From NCBI GenBank assembly GCA_947176585.1, contig CAMWRI010000001.1, forward strand, positions 1 through 51,968: 51,968 nucleotides of DNA. The letters are read 5' to 3'. The position numbers and the translations under genes are program-made. This DNA is from an uncultured Porphyromonadaceae bacterium (GTDB taxonomy: Bacteria > Bacteroidota > Bacteroidia > Bacteroidales > Muribaculaceae). Of the stretch, positions 37,701-46,337 are shown in pieces (the first letter of the stretch is position 1; each line of letters opens with the position of its first letter). The notes under the pieces are model-generated. The model was not told the origin of the DNA, made no database searches, and saw nothing but the letters and a program-made list of their open reading frames with translations.

Positions 37701-38753
37701 GTCGCGGCAGATCGACGACACGCAGTTGCGCCCGATCACGTTGGTGGCTATGGACTTGTGCCCTATGTAGCCGAAGGAGTTGGGGCGCTGCGGAAGCATC
37801 ACCACGCCTGTCTGATACAGCGCCACCCATATATTATTGTCGGCATCGCGGATGGCGCAATGGGTCTTGATCTGGCTGGAGGCGATGTCGGGATTGCTGA
37901 AGTTGAAGCGCTCCTGAGTGCCGGAGGCCGGTGTGTACACGATGATGCCGTCGCCGTCGGTTGCCTGCACGATGTCGCCGTTATTGTCGGCATACAGCCA
38001 TTTTATTTCCTTCTCTCTGGCGGGAGTTAGTATGTCGAAAGTGTCGTTGTCGCTGTCGTATCGCATTAGCATGCCGGTGGTGGTGCCGGCGTATAGGAGG
38101 CCGTCCTTACCTATGGTCATTGACGATACGGCAGGTTCGGCCTTGGTGCCGAAATAGCGCGTGAGGCGGTCGTCGGGGCTCACGCGGTAGAGTCCCAGCT
38201 CGTTTTTCGACATCCATATGTTTCCTGCTGCGTCCACTATGGCGCAGTGCATGTCGCGCAGCTCGGGGCCGAGTGGCGGCACGTGGCGGATAATGTGGTC
38301 TTTGGCTGAAAATCGGCGGATGGAATCGCCCACCACCCAGTACTCGTCGGTATTGCGGCGCACGATAGCCTCCACGGAGGCCTGCAGCGCATTGCCGGAG
38401 GCGTCGGTGAGGCGTTCCGAGAAGGAGTCGGTGTCCGGATCGTAAATCTGAATGCCGCGCCGCGAGCACACATACAGCGTGCCCTGCTCGTCTTCAAAGA
38501 GCGATTTTACGAAGTTGTTGCACAGCGAGTGGCTGTCGCCCGGAATGTTGCGGTAGGTGGTGAATTTATTGCCGTCGTATCGGCAGATGCCGTCTTCGGT
38601 GGTCACCCACATCATGCCGTTGCGGTCCTGATACAGCTGGTTGATGAGGCTGCTCGAAAGCGCGTGTTCGGTACCGAACACGCGGGCTGTCTGAGCTTGC
38701 GCCCCGACAGCCCACATTATTGTCATAACGAGAGCGGCAATTGTGTATTTCAT
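34785..38753 (-). CDS. Hybrid two-component sensor/regulator (XynR-like)
   Basis: Start MKYTIAAL; beta-propeller repeats, Y_Y_Y domain, TM, NISHEIRTPM, NLLSNAVKYT, DTGIGI, receiver SDVMMP, AraC HTH. Own TAACTTTG at 38782-38775. Confidence 0.96.
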   Translation of the reverse strand: MKYTIAALVMTIMWAVGAQAQTARVFGTEHALSSSLINQLYQDRNGMMWVTTEDGICRYDGNKFTTYRNIPGDSHSLCNNFVKSLFEDEQGTLYVCSRRGIQIYDPDTDSFSERLTDASGNALQASVEAIVRRNTDEYWVVGDSIRRFSAKDHIIRHVPPLGPELRDMHCAIVDAAGNIWMSKNELGLYRVSPDDRLTRYFGTKAEPAVSSMTIGKDGLLYAGTTTGMLMRYDSDNDTFDILTPAREKEIKWLYADNNGDIVQATDGDGIIVYTPASGTQERFNFSNPDIASSQIKTHCAIRDADNNIWVALYQTGVVMLPQRPNSFGYIGHKSIATNVIGRNCVSSICRDHTGTLWVGVDNDGIYALTPTLEQSAHLSNKDINVPMCIFEDSQHNLWVGTYLHGAGMVDRKTGTTRHIDFTGVTDRPANCCFALTEDRDHNVWMGMLNSGLFRYNLDEGRLTDYSWQNRIDPWVGSLYYSPKTNSLYVGTYSGLQIVDNVSLADPQVTTLFREDVIYSIDEDPDGDIWLATTNGFLRYHPADGSSKRYNISNGLSNNTVYALRHDGRYVWAGLSSGLTRFDPATESFSNFLVDDGLQANEFYKNAVFRDHDGHLYFGGPGGVTHFNPRDITDPGRRWTPRLAGLYLHGTPARTGRSIYEASEFHLASDENSLSIEFGTRELGRPLSVLFAYSLDGKSWETLPPGSNIVNFHNLSPGRHTLAFKSIDSSTESSVRTAAIFIAAPWYASPWTKALSATAVLILLWWGARAWRIRMRQRAEVRDLMHAEQLNEARLQSFVNISHEIRTPMSLVISPLQKLLASDNDSGRRREYGLILRNAKRILRLIDELMDLRKIEKHQMKLELADTRLVPFVTDLCDTFARVSADKHIELNFNYDNAEIAAPIDSANFDKILMNLLSNAVKYTPEGGRIDINLAENDGKVELSVTDTGIGIPDADKERIFERFYQAHGNSAGGTGVGLHLTHQLVTLHNGTLTVADNPEGRGTRFTITLPAASCTATDRDTDALFPGSQPVAAGQPLSDIKSLLVPDLEEPEDMPARAAEAHLLVVEDDAEIRRYLEQELGRRYRVDSCANGGEALDMIFANAPDLILSDVMMPVINGLDLTRIIKQNINLNHIPIVLLTAMTRDEDNIKAIEAGADDYITKPFNIEVLRTKIAGLLTRYRSLKNRYSGHQEFDDKIDPIEVQSTDEKLMNRIMAVINREMANPELTVEQLASDVGLSRVHLHRRLKALTNQSPRDFIRNTRLRQAARLLAEKKLSVSEVADLTGFSNAGSFTTSFKRLYGVTPGEYAKGEVSKMQEAENQL

Positions 38754-38847
38754 TGGTAAGGTTAAGTTGTAACACAAAGTTACGTAGAAAAAATGTTACA
38801 TCCAAAAAATTAACATTAAAGCTGTATTTTTAAGATATTCTTTTAAC

Positions 38848-38916
38848 AATGTTACACAAAGCAACCCGTACGTTACGCACTTCATAACACTTTTTCAGAT
38901 TATATTTGTAACTTTG
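38848..38916 (+). promoter_or_regulatory. HTCS-dependent promoter of GH115
   Basis: AATGTTACAC-N13-CGTTAC (38848-38876), then TAACTTTG (38909-38916). Confidence 0.75.
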
Positions 38917-38951
38917 TGAAGAATTAAACGCAACATAGAATATCCAAAACC

Positions 38952-41519
38952 ATGAAGACTGTCACACGCAGCTTGCTTGCCGCCGGATTGTGTCTCGCGG
39001 CGATTTCGGCCGTCGCAAAAGACCATCGGGGAATCGTTTTCGATACTCCCTCGCCGGATCGCTTCTCTCTTATAGAAAATTCTGTGCCCGCCGCCATCGT
39101 CGTGAACGACGGCGAGAACTCGGCGGTGAAGATAGCCGCCGCCAATCTGGCTGCCGACTTCGGTCGGGTGTGCGGAACTGACGCGGTTCTGCTCGGACAG
39201 CCTTCGGTCGGCCGCATGATTATCGCAGGTACGGTCGACGGTCCCACGCTTGCGCCGCTGCGCAAGAGCGGAACCGTCGACCTCGACAGCCTCGTGGGGA
39301 GGACGGAGCAATACGTGATCACCACCGTCGACAATCCCCTTCCGGGAGTGGAGCGTGCAGTTGTTGTGGCCGGAAGCGACCGACGGGGTGCCGTCTATGG
39401 CCTGTATGAATTGTCGGAGCAGATAGGTGTATCGCCGTGGTACGACTGGGCCGATGTGCCGGTGGAGAAGCATCGGAATCTTTCGCTTGCGGGAGGCTCC
39501 TTCACTGCCGGCGAGCCTGCGGTGCGTTATCGCGGACTGTTCCTAAACGACGAAGCTCCATGCCTCACGTCGTGGGTGAAAAACACATATGGCACCGACT
39601 ATGGCGATCATAGTTTTTATGAGCGCGTGTTTGAACTGCTTCTGCGTCTGCGCGGCAATTATATGTGGCCCGCCATGTGGGGCTGGGCTTTTTATGCCGA
39701 TGATCCCGAGAATAGCGCTACCGCCCACCGCATGGGTGTGATTATGGGCACCTCCCACCACGAGCCCATGGCACGCAATCATCAGGAATGGGCCCGGCAC
39801 CGCAAGGACTACGGCAAGTGGAACTACGCAACCAATCAGAAAGTGATCGATGCGTTCTTCACCGAGGGAATCGAGCGCATGAAGGACACCGAGGATATCG
39901 TGACCATAGGAATGCGCGGCGACGGCGACGAGGCTATGAGCGAGGATGCCGACGTGGCTTTGCTCAAGCGCGTGATCGACAATCAGCGCAAGATCATCGC
40001 CCGCAAGACGGGCCGCAAGGCGAGCGACACGCCGCAGCTCTGGGCGCTCTACAAGGAGGTTCTCGACTACTACGACAAGGGGTTGCGGGTGCCCGACGAT
40101 GTTATTATTCTCGTGTGCGACGACAACTGGGGCAACGTCCGCCGTCTGCCCGACGAGCGGGAACGCAAGCACCCGGGAGGGTGGGGTATGTACTACCACG
40201 TTGACTACGTGGGTGCTCCGCGCAACACCAAGTGGATCAACGTCACGCCCATTCAGGGCATGTGGGAGCAACTGCGCCTCACCTACGACTACGGCGTGGA
40301 CAAGCTCTGGATTCTCAACGTCGGCGACCTCAAGCCCATGGAATATCCCATCACCCTCTTTATGGATATGGCATGGAACCCCGCGAGCTACACAGCCTCC
40401 AACTTCATGGAGTATCCGCTCGGGTGGTGCGCGCAGCAGTTCGGAGAGGAGAACGCAGCCGAGGCTGCCCGCATACTCAATCTCTACAGCAAGTACAACG
40501 GTCGCGTCACGGCCGAGATGCTCGACAAGGATACTTACAATCTGGAGAGCGGCGAATGGCGCCGGGTGGCCGACGACTACGCGCGCCTCGAAGCGGAGGC
40601 TCTGCGGCAGTATATCGCCCTGCCGGAGCAGTACCGCGATGCGTATTTCGAGCTCATATTGTTTCCGGTTCAGGCTATGTCCAATATTTATCAGATGTAC
40701 TACGCGCAGGCTATGAACCATAAGCTCGCGGCTGCGGGTGATCCCGCCGCCAACGAGTGGGCCGACCTGTGCGAGCGCTGCTTCCGCCGAGACGCCGCCC
40801 TGATGGATGAATACAATCACCGCCTCGCGGGCGGCAAATGGAACGGTATGATGACGCAGAAACACATCGGCTATACCGAGTGGCACGATAATTTCCCTGC
40901 CGACAGACTTCCTGACCTCATCCGCATCGACGGCGTTGACCGTGCAGCAGGAGGCTTCGTGTCGCAGGCGCGCGACGGCGCGGTGGTGATCGAAGCCGAG
41001 CACTATAATACGGCGGAGGGACAGCCCGACGCGGCTTGGACAATCGTTCCCGATATGGGCCGCACGCTCTCAGGCGTGGCTCTGATGCCCTACACCGTGG
41101 AACCCGACGGAGCCTCACATCTCGCTTATAAATTTGAATTGCCCGCCGGCGAGGTGCCGGATTCGGCCACGGTGCACGTGGTGGTTAAATCCACGCTCGA
41201 CTTCACGAACCGCGGCGGCCACACCTTCGATGTGGTGCTCGACGACTCTGCTCCCGTGACTGTCAATTTCAATTCCCGCCTCAACGAACGTCCCGAGAAT
41301 ATCTACACCGTGTTCTACCCCACGGTGGCATCCCGAGTGGTGAAAAAGGCCGTGCGCGTGCCTCTCGGCAAGGCTCCGGGCATCCACACTCTCAGGCTCA
41401 TTCCTCATGCTCCCGGAATCGTTTTCGAGAAAGTGGTGGTGGATATGGGAGGTTACATGCCGTCGCATCTTTTCATGGATGAGACACCCTACGGCAAGCA
41501 GGATGTTACGCGCCAATAA
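38952..41519 (+). CDS. GH115 xylan alpha-1,2-glucuronidase
   Basis: AGSDRRGAVYG, GVSPWYDWAD, YRGLFLNDE, GNYMWPAMW, GTSHHEPM, GMRGDGD, DDNWGN, NVGDLKP. Confidence 0.95.
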   Translation: MKTVTRSLLAAGLCLAAISAVAKDHRGIVFDTPSPDRFSLIENSVPAAIVVNDGENSAVKIAAANLAADFGRVCGTDAVLLGQPSVGRMIIAGTVDGPTLAPLRKSGTVDLDSLVGRTEQYVITTVDNPLPGVERAVVVAGSDRRGAVYGLYELSEQIGVSPWYDWADVPVEKHRNLSLAGGSFTAGEPAVRYRGLFLNDEAPCLTSWVKNTYGTDYGDHSFYERVFELLLRLRGNYMWPAMWGWAFYADDPENSATAHRMGVIMGTSHHEPMARNHQEWARHRKDYGKWNYATNQKVIDAFFTEGIERMKDTEDIVTIGMRGDGDEAMSEDADVALLKRVIDNQRKIIARKTGRKASDTPQLWALYKEVLDYYDKGLRVPDDVIILVCDDNWGNVRRLPDERERKHPGGWGMYYHVDYVGAPRNTKWINVTPIQGMWEQLRLTYDYGVDKLWILNVGDLKPMEYPITLFMDMAWNPASYTASNFMEYPLGWCAQQFGEENAAEAARILNLYSKYNGRVTAEMLDKDTYNLESGEWRRVADDYARLEAEALRQYIALPEQYRDAYFELILFPVQAMSNIYQMYYAQAMNHKLAAAGDPAANEWADLCERCFRRDAALMDEYNHRLAGGKWNGMMTQKHIGYTEWHDNFPADRLPDLIRIDGVDRAAGGFVSQARDGAVVIEAEHYNTAEGQPDAAWTIVPDMGRTLSGVALMPYTVEPDGASHLAYKFELPAGEVPDSATVHVVVKSTLDFTNRGGHTFDVVLDDSAPVTVNFNSRLNERPENIYTVFYPTVASRVVKKAVRVPLGKAPGIHTLRLIPHAPGIVFEKVVVDMGGYMPSHLFMDETPYGKQDVTRQ

Positions 41520-41569
41520 TAATAAGTTACAAACGCGCGCGTATATGTCTCGACAAAGCTATAACTTTG
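41502..41569 (+). promoter_or_regulatory. Internal HTCS-dependent promoter for the GH35...xylA run
   Basis: GTTAC at 41505 and 41526, TAACTTTG at 41562; same geometry as the other two PUL promoters. Confidence 0.7.
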
Positions 41570-41580
41570 CATGTAGTATA

Positions 41581-43281
41581 ATGAAACATATCCTCGCCAT
41601 ATTTCTTGCCTTTGCAGTCACGCTTGCGTGCGGCGCATCATCGCGTCTCAACCGTGCGGTGGTGGCTCCGCAGCTCGAGGTGGACGGCGTTCCGTTTATC
41701 ATCCTGGGAGGCGAGTTGGGCAACTCCTCGGCATCGTGTGCCGCCGATGTGGATTCGATATTCCCGCGGCTGGCTGCCATGAATCTCAACACCGTGCTCG
41801 TGCCTGCCACATGGGAGCTCATCGAGCCCGCCGAGGGCGATTTTGACTTCACGAGTATCGACGACGTGCTCGGAGCAGCCCGTGCCAACGGCCTTCGTGT
41901 GGTGTTTCTATGGTTCGGAGCTTGGAAAAACTCCATGAGCTGTTATGCTCCCGCCTGGTTCAAGGCCGACACCTCGCGGTTTCCCCGTGCCCGCACTGCT
42001 GCCGGCAAGCCGCTCGAGATAGCTTCGGCGTTCTCGCCGGAGGTGCTTGAGGCAGACTGTCGCGCGTTCGGCGAACTCATGCGCCACATTGCCCGCACCG
42101 ACACCGCCGGCACTGTGGTGATGATGCAGGTGGAAAACGAGATCGGAATGCTCGAAGATGCCCGCGACCACAGCTCGGCCGCCGAGGCGGAATATGCCAA
42201 GGGCGTGCCTTCCGCCCTTATCCGGCATCTGAAGCATAACCGCGAGACGCTGCACCCCTCGCTCGCCGCCAGGTGGGCCGGGCATGGCAACAAAACGTCC
42301 GGCTCGTGGGCAGAGGTGTTCGGCGACGACAGATATTCCGACGAATACTTCATGGCGTGGAACTATGCCCGCTACGTGGAGCAGCTGGCGCGTGATGCCC
42401 GTGCCATCACAGGCATGCCCCTCTATGTGAACGCGGCGCTCAACAGCCGCGGACGCCGCCCCGGCGAATATCCCTCGGCCGGTCCGCTGGCGCATCTCAA
42501 GGATATCTGGCATGCCGCAGCCCCCACTATTGACTTTCTCTCGCCCGATATCTATGACAGTGGCTTCACCGACTGGGTGGCGCAATACGCCCTCCCCGAC
42601 AATGTGCTGTTCATTCCCGAGGTGCGCCGCGAGGATGCCAACGGCGCGCAGGCCTACTACGTGATCGGCCGGCACGACGCCATAGGCATAAGCCCCTTCA
42701 GCATCGAAAACGGCTCAGCTGCCACGCTGCCGTCGCTGGTCAGCGCCTATGCCACCATCGCTCAGGCCACCCCGGTGATAGCACGCTATCGCGGCACTGA
42801 TGCGATGGACGGCGTGCTCCTTACTCCCGAAAATCCGTCCGTCGAGATTGTGGACGGCGATACCCGCATCACGCTCTCGCATTTCTTCACCCTGCCATGG
42901 GATCCCCGTGCCACCGACGGTACCCGCTGGCCCGACAAGGGCGCCATACTCATCCGCCTCGCTCCGAACGACTATCTGCTGATAGGCTCCGGCACCGTGG
43001 CCAAATTTGAGCATGTGGCCGAAAGCGCATCTGCTCCGGCCGTATCTCTGGGCGAAGACGGCTTCCTGAACAGCGGTGCCGACCGCACCGAGGCTGTCGC
43101 TAAGTGGGGCGACCGTCCCAGGATAGGCCTTGCCTCGGTGGAAGAAGTGGCGGTGGAGCCCGACGGCACACTGCGGCGCATACGCACCCTCAACGGCGAC
43201 GAAACCCACCAGGGACGTCATGCACGCATCGGAGTGGACGACGATAAAATTCTGCATATAAAAACCTATCAGTACAAATAA
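41581..43281 (+). CDS. GH35-like glycosidase with DUF5597 (putative beta-galactosidase)
   Basis: Start MKHILAIF; GGELGNSS, LWFGAWKNSMS, MMQVENE, YPSAGP, SPDIY, FIPE, LNGDETHQG. Confidence 0.85.
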   Translation: MKHILAIFLAFAVTLACGASSRLNRAVVAPQLEVDGVPFIILGGELGNSSASCAADVDSIFPRLAAMNLNTVLVPATWELIEPAEGDFDFTSIDDVLGAARANGLRVVFLWFGAWKNSMSCYAPAWFKADTSRFPRARTAAGKPLEIASAFSPEVLEADCRAFGELMRHIARTDTAGTVVMMQVENEIGMLEDARDHSSAAEAEYAKGVPSALIRHLKHNRETLHPSLAARWAGHGNKTSGSWAEVFGDDRYSDEYFMAWNYARYVEQLARDARAITGMPLYVNAALNSRGRRPGEYPSAGPLAHLKDIWHAAAPTIDFLSPDIYDSGFTDWVAQYALPDNVLFIPEVRREDANGAQAYYVIGRHDAIGISPFSIENGSAATLPSLVSAYATIAQATPVIARYRGTDAMDGVLLTPENPSVEIVDGDTRITLSHFFTLPWDPRATDGTRWPDKGAILIRLAPNDYLLIGSGTVAKFEHVAESASAPAVSLGEDGFLNSGADRTEAVAKWGDRPRIGLASVEEVAVEPDGTLRRIRTLNGDETHQGRHARIGVDDDKILHIKTYQYK

Positions 43282-44922
43282 ATGAACTATCGCATTTCAG
43301 CAATATTTGCCGCGGCTATGCTCGTGGCATCAGGCGCAGAGGCTCGAGTGCAGCTGCCGTCGATACTCACCGACGGCATGGTGGTGCAGCGCGGAGCCCC
43401 TGTTCGCCTGTGGGGCACTGCCGAGCCCGGCGAGACGGTGACCGCAAAGGCTTCCGCACGTAAAGCCAAGCCCGTGACGGTCACGGCCGACAACGACGGC
43501 CATTGGAGCCTCGAACTGGCTCCCCTCGCCGCCGGAGGCCCCTACACAATAAACGTGAACGACGTGGTGCTGAGCGATGTGCTCAGCGGCGACGTGTTTC
43601 TATGCAGCGGCCAGAGCAATATGGAACTTCCCGTGCGCCGCGTCACGGATATGTTTGCCGATGAAATCGCCGCCTACGAGAATACGCAGATACGGCAGTA
43701 TCAGGTGCCGCAGACCACCGCATTTGACGGCCCCCGTGCCGACACTCCCGCATCGGCATGGAAGCCTTGCACGCAGCCGAACGTGATGAACTTCTCTGCC
43801 CTGGCCTATTTCTTCGCCAAGGAGCTCAACGAGCGCACAGGGGTGCCCGTGGGTATCGTCAATTCTTCCTGGGGAGGCACACCTGTGGAGGCTTGGACCT
43901 CGGAGGAGACCATCGCAGCTTGGCCCGCCGACCTGGCCAGGAAAAAGATGTATGAAGACGACGGCTACCGCGCCCGCATCAAGAAGCTTGAAGGCGAGAA
44001 CTATGGCCACTGGAACGCAGTGCTCTACGCTACCGATCCCGGACGTATCGCCGCCGTGCAATGGAGCGATCCCGCACTCGACGACAGCAGCTGGGACGAT
44101 GTGGACCTGCTCGAAAGCGTGTGGGGAGCCGATCTCCGCACCGGTCGTCCCCTCATCGGCAGCCACTGGCTGCGTCGCCACGTAAACCTTACAGCCGACC
44201 AGGCCTCCGGCCCGGCCACTCTGCGCCTAGGCTGCTTCGAGGGTGCTGATTCTGCTTTCGTGAACGGCACATTCGTGGGCACCGTGGGTTATCAGTATCC
44301 CCCCCGTATCTATAATGTGCCTGCCGGAGTGCTGCACGAGGGCGACAACGTGATCACCGTGCGCGGAATCAGCGGAGGCGGTCGCCCGCAATTCGTGCTC
44401 GAGAAGCCCTACAAACTGCTCACCGCCGACGGCAGCGACATCTCGCTCGAGGGCACATGGAAGCACCGCGTGGGCGCGCGTATGCCCCAGGGCCCCGGTA
44501 TGGAATTTTACCACTATACTCCCGTGGTGCTCTACAATTCGATGATAGCCCCGCTGTTCAACGTGCCCTTTGCCGGCGCGGTGTGGTATCAGGGCGAGTC
44601 GAACGTGGGCAACCGCGACGAATACGCCGCCAAGCTCACCGCAATGATCGCCGACTGGCGCAAAGGCTTCAACGATCCCGACATGCCTTTCTACATTGTG
44701 GAGCTCGCAGATTTTCTCCATCCCTCCGACACGGGCGGACGCCGTGCATGGGCCGAGATGCGCGCCGTGCAGGCTGCCGTGGCCGATGCCGACGCGCATG
44801 CTACCCTCATCCGCAACAGCGACCTGGGCGAATGGAACGATATCCACCCCCTCGACAAGAAGACCCTGGGAATACGCGTGGCCGACGCCGTGGTTCCCGC
44901 ACTTCCCGCAAATAAGAAATAA
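43282..44922 (+). CDS. SASA-family (SGNH) O-acetylesterase with an inserted sugar-binding module; probable acetylxylan esterase
   Basis: GDVFLCSGQSNME, SSWGGTPVEAW, WYQGESN, DIHP. Confidence 0.87.
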   Translation: MNYRISAIFAAAMLVASGAEARVQLPSILTDGMVVQRGAPVRLWGTAEPGETVTAKASARKAKPVTVTADNDGHWSLELAPLAAGGPYTINVNDVVLSDVLSGDVFLCSGQSNMELPVRRVTDMFADEIAAYENTQIRQYQVPQTTAFDGPRADTPASAWKPCTQPNVMNFSALAYFFAKELNERTGVPVGIVNSSWGGTPVEAWTSEETIAAWPADLARKKMYEDDGYRARIKKLEGENYGHWNAVLYATDPGRIAAVQWSDPALDDSSWDDVDLLESVWGADLRTGRPLIGSHWLRRHVNLTADQASGPATLRLGCFEGADSAFVNGTFVGTVGYQYPPRIYNVPAGVLHEGDNVITVRGISGGGRPQFVLEKPYKLLTADGSDISLEGTWKHRVGARMPQGPGMEFYHYTPVVLYNSMIAPLFNVPFAGAVWYQGESNVGNRDEYAAKLTAMIADWRKGFNDPDMPFYIVELADFLHPSDTGGRRAWAEMRAVQAAVADADAHATLIRNSDLGEWNDIHPLDKKTLGIRVADAVVPALPANKK

Positions 44923-44932
44923 TTAACCTGCC

Positions 44933-46333
44933 ATGAATAATACACAGAACGAAGCAAACGGCTTCTACAAGCTTTCCTGGATTCAGCGCATAGGTTTCGG
45001 CTCCGGCGACCTGGCGCAGAACCTCATCTATCAGACGATCAGCATGTATCTGCTGTTCTTCTACACCAATGTCTACGGCCTCTCGCCCGCTGCCGCCGCA
45101 GTGATGTTCCTTGTGGTGCGTATAGTCGATGTGGTGTGGGACCCCATCGTGGGCGCATTCGTCGACAGCCATAATCCCCGCCTGGGCAAATACCGCGCCT
45201 ATCTGGTGCTGGGTGGCATACCCCTCACGGCGTTCGCCATCCTCTGCTTCTGGAACGGATTCAGCGGCTCGCTGGTCTATGCCTACGTTACCTACGTGGG
45301 CCTGAGCATGTGCTACACTTTAATCAATGTGCCCTACGGCGCCCTGAACGCATCGCTCACCCGCGACACCCACGAGATCACCGTGCTCACCTCCACCCGC
45401 ATGTTTATGGCCAATCTTGGCGGCCTCGCCGTGGGCATGGGCATCCCCTATGTGGTGAAATTCTTCGACCCCAACGAAACATCCGACCTATCCAATCACG
45501 ATTACGCATGGTTCGCCACCATGACTATCTACGGCATCGTGGGTCTGGCCCTGCTCATCTTCTGCTTCACCCAATGCCGCGAGCGCGTGGTGATGCCCAA
45601 GAGCGAGACAGAGAATGTGCGCGTGAGCGACCTGTGGATGGAATTCATGCGCAACCGCCCCCTGCGCATCCTGGCCTTCTTCTTCATCACTGCCTTCGGC
45701 CTCATGGCCATCAGCAACAGTGCCGGCGCCTACTACATAAACTACAATCTGGGAGGCACCGCCGACGAGCTCTCCATCTTCATGGGTCTGGGCTCCATCC
45801 CCGCCTTCATCTTCATGCCCATGATTCCCTGGATCAAGAAGCAGGTGGGCAAGAAAGGCATGTTCTACATTTTCCTGGCCACGGCTATCGTGGGTATGGG
45901 TATGCTCTACGCCATCTCCATGATCGACGCGCTCAAGCAGCACATGTGGCTCGTGTATGTGGCGCAGTTCGTGAAGAGCACCGGCATAATCGTGGCCACC
46001 GGCTATATGTGGGCTCTCGTGCCGGAGGTGATCAGCTACGGCGAGTACACCCACGGCAAGCGCATAAGCGGTATCGTCAACGCCCTCACCGGTATCTTCT
46101 ACAAGGCCGGCATGGCCCTTGGCGGCGTGGTGCCAGGCCTGGTGCTCGCATTCGTGGGCTTCGATGTGGACGCTCCCGCCCAGACCGCATTCGCCCAGCA
46201 GGGCATCCTCTGGCTCGTGGCCGTTATTCCCGCAGCGCTCCTGCTCCTGGCCATGTGCATCATCTCCCGCTATGAGCTCGACGACAAGCGCATAGACGAA
46301 ATCAACGCCGAAATCGAACGACGCAACAAATAA
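44933..46333 (+). CDS. GPH-family MFS sugar:cation symporter (xylo-oligosaccharide uptake)
   Basis: RIGFGSGDLAQN, VWDPIVG, GKYR, INVPYGAL, about 12 TM segments. Confidence 0.92.
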   Translation: MNNTQNEANGFYKLSWIQRIGFGSGDLAQNLIYQTISMYLLFFYTNVYGLSPAAAAVMFLVVRIVDVVWDPIVGAFVDSHNPRLGKYRAYLVLGGIPLTAFAILCFWNGFSGSLVYAYVTYVGLSMCYTLINVPYGALNASLTRDTHEITVLTSTRMFMANLGGLAVGMGIPYVVKFFDPNETSDLSNHDYAWFATMTIYGIVGLALLIFCFTQCRERVVMPKSETENVRVSDLWMEFMRNRPLRILAFFFITAFGLMAISNSAGAYYINYNLGGTADELSIFMGLGSIPAFIFMPMIPWIKKQVGKKGMFYIFLATAIVGMGMLYAISMIDALKQHMWLVYVAQFVKSTGIIVATGYMWALVPEVISYGEYTHGKRISGIVNALTGIFYKAGMALGGVVPGLVLAFVGFDVDAPAQTAFAQQGILWLVAVIPAALLLLAMCIISRYELDDKRIDEINAEIERRNK

Positions 46334-46337
46334 ATCC

